Shown here piece by piece: positions 44,154 through 53,180 of a stretch of 64,000 nt of DNA. The stretch is from assembly GCA_964016885.1 (NCBI GenBank), contig OZ024750.1:38812001-38876000 (forward strand). Direction: 5' to 3'. The DNA is from Eledone cirrhosa. Lineage: Eukaryota. A model generated the notes under the pieces. That model had not been told where the DNA came from and made no database searches. It saw nothing but the letters and a program-made list of their open reading frames with translations. Positions within the stretch are counted from its first letter, which is position 1; every line of letters begins with the position of its first letter. The position numbers and the translations under genes were made by a program.

Positions 44154-47100
44154 GGTAGATCTGCTGAAATAGCGGAGATGCTGGAGAGAAGGCAGGTGGA
44201 TGTGTGCTGCGTGCAAGAGGTGAGATGGAGAGGTGCCTCTGCGAGACTAGTCGTAGGCAAGCGTCTTAGCTATAAGCTATTCTGGGTAGGTAAGGATGAT
44301 GGGTTAGGGGGAGTAGGCATTTTCCTGGCTGAGAAATGGATCAATAAGACAATAGAGGTAGTTCGAGTTAGTAATCGAATAATTAAGCTTAGATTAGTTG
44401 TAGGTAGGAGACTACTGACAATCATCTCGGTCTATGCTCCCCAAGCAGGCCTAGGCAAAGATGAGAAAGACTGCTTTTATGAGCAACTTTTGCAAACAAC
44501 CACAATGACAGAGGACGGAGACATCGTTATGCTAGCAGGAGACTTCAATGGTCATGTTGGACAGCTCCAGGATGGTTACACTGGGGTACATGGTGGGCAT
44601 GGTTACGGTTCAAGAAATGAAGAAGGAGTGAGACTTCTTGAATTTTGTGATGCAAGTACATTGACTATTTGCAACACAAACTTCCAGAAACCTGCCAATC
44701 ACCTAATAACCTACAAATCTGGTGAGCTCATAAGCCAGATTGACTTCCTGCTAGTTAGGCAGCGGGACAGGCAGATAGTGTCTAATACCAAGGCATACCC
44801 TGGGGAAGAATGTACCCCACAGCATAGGTTAGTTGTTAGTGATATCTCAGTAAGCAAGAGATGGAATGAGCCATATAGGAAGGTGTGGAGAAGAAAGGTC
44901 TGGAAGCTAAAAGACCTTTCACTAAAATTCAAATTTAGGAAAGCCCTTCAAGATGTATATGACGAAAAAGAAGACGATTTAGAGACGTATGACATAGATA
45001 ATAACTGGAAGTTCTTACGTGACAACTTGCTGAAGGCTACTGATGAAACCTGTGGCTGGAGCAGAGCTCCAACCAGACAGAGAGTGACCTGGTGGTGGAA
45101 CAGCAGTGTAGATAAGGCTATTAGAGACAAAAGACTAGCATGGAAGGCTTGGAATAAGGGTGGGAGTAGGGAAGAATATACAGCCACTAAGAGAGAAGCT
45201 AGACGTCAGGTGTACTTAGCACGCAGGGAGGCAGAGAGTAGGAGGTTTGCCAATGTTCTGCGACGGGAAGATCAGAGGCGTGCGGTGTTCCACATTGCAA
45301 GGCAGTGTGTCAATGCAAATCAGGATGTTGTTGGTGATAAATGTGTCCGGGATGATGCCGGTGTACTTAGTGTCACGAATGACCAGAAAAAGGAGGCCTG
45401 GAAATGTCATTATGAGAGACTGATGAATGTGGAGAACGAATGGGAGAGAGAGAAATTACCCTTGGTAGATCCGACAGAGGGACCAGCTATTGAGATTGAC
45501 GAATATAGGGTCCAAGAGGCGATTAGGGAAATGAAAAATGGTAAGGCGGCCGGACCATCGGGAATAGTTGCTGAGATGCTGAAGGCATCAGGGGACGTAG
45601 GCACTAAACTGGTTGCACGCATAATCAATCAGGCTATATATGGTGGTGTCATACCCAAAGACTGGTGCAGCAGTATTCTCATAAATTGCTACAAAGGTAA
45701 AGGGGATGCTTTGGAGAGGAGCAATTATAGGGGTATAAAACTGATAGATCAGGTTATGAAAGTGGCAGAAAGGATTTTAGCACAACTAATTAGAGAAAGG
45801 GTCAAACTAGATGAGATGCAGTTTGGTTTTGTACCTGGGAAGAGTACAACAGATGCCCTCTTCTTGGTGAGACAAATGCAAGAGAGGTTCTTAGAGAAGA
45901 ATAAGCCACTATACTTAGCCTTTGTTGACCTAGAGAAGGCCTTTGATAGGGTACCCCGATCTGTCATCTGGTGGTCCCTAAGGAAGCTGGGTGTTGAGGA
46001 ATGGCTTGTGAGGACAGTGCAAACTTTGTACAGAGGTACTCTCAGTAAAGTCAGGGTAGGAATGGAGTTTAGTGAGGAATTCCAGATACAAGTAGGAGTA
46101 CATCAGGGTTCGGTCCTCAGCCCGCTCTTGTTCATTATAGTCCTCCAAGCCATAACAGAGGAGTTTAAGACTGGCTGTCCATGGGAACTTCTCTATGCTG
46201 ACGATCTGGCTCTTATGGCAGAATCAGTAGAGGAGCTAGAGAATAAATTCCGGCTATGGAAACAGCAGTTGGAAGCAAGAGGACTGAGAGTAAAGCTAGC
46301 TAAGACAAAAGTGTTGATGAGTAGAAAAGAGGACAAAACCCTGATTCCGTCAGGGAAATGGCCATGTTCGATATGCAGAAAAGGAACTGGCATAAATTCT
46401 ATAAAATGCACACAATGTAGGTCCTGGGTACACAAGAGATGTAGCGGGATAGCAGGCAAACTAACAGGTAGGGAGAAATATGTATGCAGTAGATGTACAG
46501 GGAAATTAGACAGTAGAAGTCGCACTGATAGACACATTTTTCAAATGCGAGAGGGCGCTATAGAAGTGGTGGATAGCTTCCGGTACCTAGGAGATCAGAT
46601 TAGCATGGGAGGAGGGTGTTCCGAGGCCATAGTATCTAGAATAAGGACGGGTTGGAAGAAGTTTAGGGAGCTGCTTCCTCTGTTGACGAAGAAGGGTTTC
46701 TCCCTGCGTACGAAAGGCCGGTTGTACGATGCCTGTGTGAGGAGCGCGATGCTGCATGGTAGTGAGACATGGGCAGCTACCGCAGAAGATATGCGACGGC
46801 TGGAGAGAAATGAGGCAAGCATGCTCCGTTGGATGTGCAGTGTAAATGTGCGTGAACGACCCAGCATAAATGTGTTGAGAGAGAAACTGTGTCTGAGAGG
46901 GATAGAATGTAGTGTACGGGAGAGGAGACTGAGGTGGTATGGACATGTGATGCGCATGGAGGATGACCGATGGGTGAAGAAGTGCCAGGAAATGCCAGTT
47001 GAAGGAAGACGTAGTAGAGGTAGACCACGAAAAACATGGGCGGAGGTGGTGAGAACAGACCTCAGATCATTGAAGCTCACGGTGGAGATGACGAGGGACC

Positions 47101-47192
47101 GTGACGAGTGGAGAGATGCTGTGCTGAATAAGACCCGTCCCACCCTTGCAAGCAGGGAAAAGCGGACGTAAAATGATGATGATGATGATGAT
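44154..47192 (+). mobile_element. RTE-clade LINE (RTE-A), slightly 5'-truncated, (GAT)n tail, sitting in a TA-rich microsatellite
   Basis: Single EN-RT ORF; starts abruptly at GGTAGATCTGCT after (TA)n; (GAT)n follows the stop directly; ATAT/TA repeats on both flanks. Confidence 0.95.
44178..47171 (+). CDS. 997-aa RTE polyprotein: APE endonuclease, reverse transcriptase, PHD-like C4HC3 finger
   Basis: EN motifs CVQE, YAPQ, GDFNGH, IDF, QHR; RT motifs KGKG..NYRGI, QFGF, FVDLEKAFD, GVHQGSVLSP, YADD, FRYLG; C-terminal GSETW and RWYGHV; no stops or frameshifts. Confidence 0.93.
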   Translation: MLERRQVDVCCVQEVRWRGASARLVVGKRLSYKLFWVGKDDGLGGVGIFLAEKWINKTIEVVRVSNRIIKLRLVVGRRLLTIISVYAPQAGLGKDEKDCFYEQLLQTTTMTEDGDIVMLAGDFNGHVGQLQDGYTGVHGGHGYGSRNEEGVRLLEFCDASTLTICNTNFQKPANHLITYKSGELISQIDFLLVRQRDRQIVSNTKAYPGEECTPQHRLVVSDISVSKRWNEPYRKVWRRKVWKLKDLSLKFKFRKALQDVYDEKEDDLETYDIDNNWKFLRDNLLKATDETCGWSRAPTRQRVTWWWNSSVDKAIRDKRLAWKAWNKGGSREEYTATKREARRQVYLARREAESRRFANVLRREDQRRAVFHIARQCVNANQDVVGDKCVRDDAGVLSVTNDQKKEAWKCHYERLMNVENEWEREKLPLVDPTEGPAIEIDEYRVQEAIREMKNGKAAGPSGIVAEMLKASGDVGTKLVARIINQAIYGGVIPKDWCSSILINCYKGKGDALERSNYRGIKLIDQVMKVAERILAQLIRERVKLDEMQFGFVPGKSTTDALFLVRQMQERFLEKNKPLYLAFVDLEKAFDRVPRSVIWWSLRKLGVEEWLVRTVQTLYRGTLSKVRVGMEFSEEFQIQVGVHQGSVLSPLLFIIVLQAITEEFKTGCPWELLYADDLALMAESVEELENKFRLWKQQLEARGLRVKLAKTKVLMSRKEDKTLIPSGKWPCSICRKGTGINSIKCTQCRSWVHKRCSGIAGKLTGREKYVCSRCTGKLDSRSRTDRHIFQMREGAIEVVDSFRYLGDQISMGGGCSEAIVSRIRTGWKKFRELLPLLTKKGFSLRTKGRLYDACVRSAMLHGSETWAATAEDMRRLERNEASMLRWMCSVNVRERPSINVLREKLCLRGIECSVRERRLRWYGHVMRMEDDRWVKKCQEMPVEGRRSRGRPRKTWAEVVRTDLRSLKLTVEMTRDRDEWRDAVLNKTRPTLASREKRT

Positions 47193-47279
47193 ATACACAT
47201 ACATATGTGTACATGTATATAGAGAAATCACGAGATTACAAGACGTGCATGTATATATATGTATATATATATATATATA

Positions 47280-47678
47280 TATATTAATAAGAGGAATTCC
47301 AACTTTGTCTGATTTACTCGTTTTATTTACAATCCTTTAAAATATATATAATATGGTATTATAATGAAATAGTATGATAGAATATTAAATTCTAAGTGTT
47401 AATTGAACAAGTACTTTCATGTTTTCGCAATCTTCAGGTTCATGATATGTGGTGACAGTCGAGTTTGCAATTTTCAACTGTTGAAAATTGCAAACTCGAC
47501 TGTCACCACATATCATGAACCTGAAGATTGCGAAAACATGAAAGTACTTGTTCAATTAACACTTAGAATTTAATATTCTATCATACTATTTCATTATAAT
47601 ACCATATTATATATATTTTAAAGGATTGTAAATAAAACGAGTAAATCAGACAAAGTTGGAATTCCTCTTATTAATATA
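47280..47678. repeat. Perfect palindrome: two 199-bp arms with a 1-nt spacer at 47479
   Basis: Arms compared by hand as reverse complements with no mismatch seen; centre TTTTCAAC-T-GTTGAAAA. Confidence 0.97.
47516..47554 (+). ncRNA. Minimal type-I hammerhead-ribozyme-like motif (mirror copy at 47404-47442 on the minus strand)
   Basis: TGAAC-CTGAAGA-ttgcgaaaacat-GAAA-GTAC-TT-GTTCA: 5-bp helix I, core boxes and palindromic helix III (AGTACT); helix II is weak. Confidence 0.5.
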
Positions 47679-47970
47679 ATCTTCTATACACAATCATACA
47701 CACCCGTGTATATTTACCTATCTATATCTATCTATATATATATATATACACACATATATATATATGCACGTCTATGATAAGCTACCCCCCCGCAACTCAC
47801 ATCTCCCCACCACCACCTCGTCACTACCCTCACCACCCCCACCTATCACACATGCCAAAACACTCCTCATAGCTAAACCAATCAAAACAACATAAACTGA
47901 CCACCATATGAATACGAAACGTTAGACATTTCTATACTTTATATATTTATTCTGTCATTACAACAACAGA

Positions 47971-48055
47971 GGACCGACGAGCTTTTGATTTCAGAGTCAG
48001 GCCAGATCAATACAGATCGAACCTTGAGCTGATCAATAGCGAAACACACGTCACC
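47971..48055 (+). ncRNA. Decayed hammerhead-like motif, probable Penelope pseudo-LTR remnant
   Basis: CCGACGA (one change from CTGACGA), helix II GCTTTTGAT...ATCAATAGC, then GAAAC-ACAC-GTC; helix I only partly paired. Confidence 0.45.
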
Positions 48056-48099
48056 AATCAATTAATGTAATGAAGGCCTAACAAATCGTCCTTGTATCT

Positions 48100-48296
48100 T
48101 TCAAATGCAGGTGGGTTCTATAGAAGTGGTTGATAGCTTCCAGTACCTAGGTGATCAGATTAGCATGGGAGGAGGGTGTTCTGAGGCCATAGTATCTGGA
48201 AGAAGGGTTTCTCCCTGCGCACGAAAGACAGGTTATATGATGCCTGTGTGAGATGCACGATGCTGCATGGTAGTGAGACATGGGCAGCAATTACAG
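48100..48296 (+). mobile_element. RTE-A second copy, left part (internally deleted)
   Basis: Matches 46541-46785 (IEVVDSF.YLG to HGSETWAA) with a deletion across repeated GAAGAAG. Confidence 0.88.
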
Positions 48297-48749
48297 GGAA
48301 GGCAACTAGTCCATCGGGTATAGCTGCCAAGATGTTGAAGGCATCTGGGTCAGTAGGTCACACCATAACCACACTTATTGTTAACCAGGTAATACTAGAA
48401 GGTGTCATACCAAAGGATTGGTGCAGTAGCATCAGTCAACTGCTACAAAGGTAAAGGTGATACACTAGATCGAGGAAACTATGGAGGTATAAAGCTGATG
48501 GACCAGGTCATGAAAGTAACAGAAAGAGTTATAGTACAGTTGATTAGGGACTGGGGGAAACTAGATGAGATGCAATTTGGGTTTGTGCCAGGAAGAGGCA
48601 CCACTGATGCCCTCTTCCTTGTGAGGCAGTTACAGGAAAAGTACCTAACTAAAAGTAAGCCGCTCTACCTGGCATTTGTTGATCTCGAGAAAGCCTTTAA
48701 CAGAGTTCCCTGTGCTATAATCTGGTGGGCTCTTAGAAAACTAGGAGTA

Positions 48750-50064
48750 CGAGGGGGGATCAAAAAGTTTGCGGAATTTTATCATAGTAAGAAAAAAATA
48801 GGTTAAAACAATATTAAACATGTCAGAACATTGTCACTGGGTGTTTACCTTGCTATTAGTCACTTGTAGTCAGTTATGCGTGGACTATTTATTGTACAGT
48901 ACTGACACACTTTAAAAAACCTCTTTTTGGAACAATGGAAAATAGTTATTTTGAGATAAGATCGAATATCAAGTTTCTGGTGAAACTCAAATGGAAAGGG
49001 GCACAGATTATGGAGGCTTTAGTTAAAGTTTACGGTACTACTGCTCCAAAGAAAACTGCTGTCTACAAGTGGATTCAGCGATTCAAACAAGGGAGAGACG
49101 ACCTTGAAGACGACCATCGCAGTGGAAGACAAGGAACATCAAAAAATGACCAAACGTTGAGGCTGCTCAGACTTTTATTGAAGAAGATCAAAGAATAACA
49201 GTTAATCAGTTAGCTAAGTCCCTCGACATTTCATATGGTTCGGCAAATTCAATTCTGCACGATAATTTGGGACTAAGCAAGCTTTCAGTGCGATGGGTCC
49301 CAAAAGCGTTGCACCCTGATCAGCTGATTCTTCGAAGTGATATGTCTTTGGCGATATTAAACAAAATTGAAGTTGATGAAGAGCATTTCCTGACCAGAAT
49401 CATCACAGGAGATGAAACCTGGATCTACCAGTATGATCCTGAATCCAAACAGCAGTCAAAACAGTGGCTTCCGCGTGGATCATCGGGGCCAATCAAGTTC
49501 AAATCTCAAAAGTCGGATAAAAAAGTGATGGCCACCATTTTCTGGGATTCAGATGGGGTGATACTAATAGATTATCTTGAAGGTCAAAGAACTGTGACAG
49601 GAGCTTACTATGCAAATGTTTTAAGGAAACTGAAAGAGGCATTAGTCAAGAAACGAAAAGGGAAACTTCATGGTGGGATCTTGTTTGACCATGACAATGC
49701 ACCAGCGCATTCTGCGCGGGTTGCAAAAGAAGTTCTTCGAGAATTTCGATGGGAAGTGCTTCCTCACCCACCTTATAGTCCAGATTTAGCCCTATCAGAC
49801 TTTTTCCTCTTTCCAAAACTCAAAGAAATGCTAAAAGGAACCCGTTTTAGTGGTGTTGAAGAAGCTAAAAACACTGCCAACACATGGCTTCGAACAAGGC
49901 CTTCAACTTTCTTTAGAGACGGCTCTCGAAGCTGGAAGCATCGCCTTGTGAAGTGTATTGACCTGGATGGCAACTATGTAGAAAAATAAATTGAAGGTAA
50001 ATCATATTTTTTGAAAAATAGAATATTTTCTGAAAAATTCCGCGAACTGTTTGATCCCACCTCG
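48750..50064 (+). mobile_element. Full-length 1315-bp mariner transposon, irritans/Hsmar2-like
   Basis: TA duplication at 48748-49 and 50065-66; ~31-bp TIRs CGAGGGGGGATCAAAAAGTTTGCGGAATTTT with 3 mismatches between ends. Confidence 0.96.
48935..49989 (+). pseudogene. Mariner DD34D transposase with one frameshift near 49152
   Basis: WVPKAL, ITGDETW, HDNAPAH, YSPDLALSDF (34 residues between D2 and D3); adding 1 nt at CAAACGTT joins the two ORFs. Confidence 0.92.
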
Positions 50065-51512
50065 TAGATGAATGGCTTGTGAAAGCTGTACAAGCCATGT
50101 ATAGGGGAGCAGTCAGCAAAGTTAGGATTAGCAATGACTATAGCGAGGAATTTAGCGTACAGGTCGGTGTCCACCAGGGCTATGTTCTTAGCCCTCTCCT
50201 GTTCATCATAGTTATGCAGGCAATAACGGAGGAGTTTAAGACCGGATGCTCATGGGAACTCCTGTATGCAGATGACCTCACACTTATAGCTGAATCTATG
50301 GTAGAACTAGAGAAGAAATTCCAAACTTGGAAGCAGGGACTAGAAAGAAAGGGTCTCGAAGTCAACCTGACTACAACTAAGGTCCTTGTAAGTAGACGAG
50401 AAAACAGAACCCAGATCCCCTCAGGGAAATGGCCTTGCTCAGTATGTAGGAAAGGTGTAGGTAGGAACTCCATTCTCTTCCTCAAATGCAAACAATGGGT
50501 ACACAAGGGATGTAGCGGGATCTCAGGAAGCTTAACTAAGAATGTAGGCTTCACATGTAGCAGCTGTGCTGGGACAGCAAGCAGCAAACAGCCACAGGAA
50601 ACAAGTACCACCAAACTCTGGGAGGGCTCTGTAGAAACAGTAGACAGCTTCTGCTACCTAGGTGTTCGGAAAGTACAATAACTAGGGTAAGAACGGGATG
50701 GAAGAAGTTCAGGGAGCTACTGCCACTGCTAGCTGCAAAAGGCTTTTCCCTCAAAATGAAAGGCAGACTGTATGATGCATGTATACGAACAGCAATGTTA
50801 CATGGTAGTGAGACCTGGGCGCTCTCTGTGGAAGACTTGCGTAGATTAGAAAGAAACGAACCCTGCATGCTCTGATGGATGTGTAATAGTAATATACGCG
50901 AACGGCAAAGCATAAATGAATTGAGAGAGAGACTGAGCATAAGAGGAATCAAATGATGTGTGCAGGAGAGGCGGTTGCGTTGGTATGGACATGTGATGTG
51001 TATGAAGGACGACAGCTGCATAAAAAGGTACAGAGCACTAGAAGTCGATGGAAACCGCGAAGTGGGGAGACCCAAGAAGACCTGGGATGAGGTGATAAAA
51101 GCTGACCTTACCCAATTACACCTCTCAAAGGTGATGACACACGACCGTGACCTCTGGCGTCACGCAGTAATACAGAGATCCGACCCCCCCACGGGTACAA
51201 ACCAAAGCTGAAGCATATAGACAATATGCCCCCACACCCTCCCACTGCAAAATGGTCGTGGAGGTGCCACGGCAAAAAAGCACCCAGCCCACACTGTAAA
51301 GTGGACGTGTAGGCGCCACGGGAAAAAGCACCCAGCACTCACTGTAAATGAGGTTGGTGTTAGGAAGGGCATCCAGCTGTAGAAATCAAGCCAAAATCAG
51401 TTCCTGTATGAGCAAGGCATGGTTAGTCGACCAGACACTGCCCACAACAGGACAACCCGTCTAACCCATGTTAGCGTGGAAGAATGGACGTAAAACGGTG
51501 ATGATGATGATG

Positions 51513-51923
51513 ATGCGACAGCTGGAGAGAAATGAAGCAAACATGCTCCGTTGGATGTGCAATGTCAATGTGCGTGAATGACCAAGCATAGATGAGTTGA
51601 GAAAGAAACTGTGTATAAGAGGGATAAGTTGTGGTTTGCAGGAGAGAAGACTGAGATGGTATGGACATGTGATGCGCATGGAGGATGACCGATGGGTAAA
51701 GAAGTACCAAGAAATCTCAGTAGAAGGAAGACGTAGTAGAAGAAGACCACAAAAAACATGGGCAGAGGTGGTGAGAGCAGACCTCCGATCGCTGAAGCTC
51801 AAGGAGGAGATGACAAAGGACCATGACAAGTGGAGAGATGCTGTGCTGAATAGGACCTGTCCCACCCTTGCAAGCAGGGAAAAGCGGACGTAAGATGATG
51901 ATGATGATGATGATGATGATGAT
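51513..51923 (+). mobile_element. RTE-A second copy, right part with (GAT)n tail
   Basis: Resumes at ATGCGACAGCTGGAGAGAAATG (equivalent to 46791) and ends PTLASREKRT*, as in the intact copy. Confidence 0.92.
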
Positions 51924-52530
51924 ATATATATAAAAATGTGAGAGAAACACAAACAAAAGGACAATTCCCACTCATCAGCTGTCTTCTGTAAATGACTGAT
52001 GTTTTGAATGCATTAAAGACAGTACCTCTCACCACAGTACATTGATAACTAAGAGGGATAGCTTAGCTATCTGGGAAAAAAACAGACGATAACGAAGAGA
52101 ACGACAAAAAAAAAAAGAAAACAAAAAAGAAAGACATACCGATGGAGAAAGGGGAAACATGTGGCAGCAGTACATGTAAGTTGCAGTAACCGGGGGAAGA
52201 GAGGGAAGAGTTAATACTAAGAGTGAAACACAAGTCCTGAACCTGTATTAACAACACGCGGAAAAGAGAGAGAAAAGCGCGTCAGATCGTAGCGAGAACA
52301 GGCGCTGAGAGGTAGAGATGAAGGAAAACGGGAGTGAGTAAGGGGGAAAGTGGTAAGGGAGCAGAGGGCGAGGGTGAGAAAGGAGATAGATAGTAAGAGA
52401 GAAAGAGAATAAGTGAGTGGGAGAGAGAAAGAGAAAAGAGTTAATACAAAGTAGCTGAACTTAAGTTCCAAAGCCGTATTAACAACAAGCGAGACAGAGA
52501 ATAGAGAGGAGAACGGAGGTCACAACATTA

Positions 52531-52648
52531 AATTAATTGTTTCTACTTTTGGCACAAGGCCAGCAATTATCTCAGTGCATTACTGGTACTTTATTTTATT
52601 GATCCTGTAAGGATGAAAGGTAAAGTTAACCTTGGCGAGATTTGAACG
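52531..52648 (-). mobile_element. S1 SINE fragment lacking its head
   Basis: Matches 43667-43775. Confidence 0.85.
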
Positions 52649-52854
52649 CATAATTAATATGAATTAAAAAGTGAGAATGGCGCTGTGTGGTCACTAATAA
52701 ATATTATTTAGAAAACATGAGAGAAACACAAGGACAATTCCTGCTCATTGGTTGTCTTAAGTTCAGCTAACTTGTATTAACCCTTCTCTCTCTCTCTCTC
52801 TCTCATTCTCTTATTCTGCCAAACAATGGGTTGGGAGGACTCTTCCGTAGTTAA

Positions 52855-53122
52855 CCCTTTAGCATTTACATTACTCTCTTGCAAGCAGGGAAAAGCGGAT
52901 GTAAAATGATGATGATGATGATGATATATTTACTATTATATTTTCATGGTAAACACTTTATCCCATAATTATCTCGCATAATATTGAATCTACGAGATTT
53001 TGATATTATTTATTTTGAGAAAAATACTTTAATGTAAGTATGAGCAGCCACTTGTGACTGGTTTGAACAGAAAAAAAGTGAGAGAATTCTGGCCGGATAC
53101 GGCTGGTTTAAATGCTAAAGGG
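52855..53122. mobile_element. piggyBac-type MITE carrying an RTE-A 3' tip
   Basis: TTAA at 52851-54 and 53123-26; TIR CCCTTTAGCATTTA...TAAATGCTAAAGGG. Confidence 0.85.
52878..52925 (+). mobile_element. ~48-bp RTE-A 3' tip
   Basis: CTTGCAAGCAGGGAAAAGCGGATGTAAAA(TGA)n; absent from the second MITE copy. Confidence 0.88.
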
Positions 53123-53180
53123 TTAATGATGTTGGCAGATGTACAGCTGAAGTTTTGGATAGTTCAGTCCTGGGATTTGG

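Larger units (their letters stand above)
48293..51515 (+). mobile_element. 5'-truncated decayed RTE of a second subfamily (RTE-B) with ~300-bp 3'UTR and (GAT)n tail, interrupted by a mariner
   Basis: RT pieces in ORFs 48248, 48402, 50079 and 50960; frameshifts and stops; the empty site reads LG-V-DEWLV across the mariner; tail at 51499-51515. Confidence 0.9.

Noticed and set aside
44711-47200. Minus-strand ORFs, including 201 aa
   Set aside because: Antisense shadows of the RTE ORF with no independent motifs; same for 50180-52035
48935-49989. SETMAR host gene
   Set aside because: No SET domain; flanked by TIRs and TA duplication, so it is a free mariner
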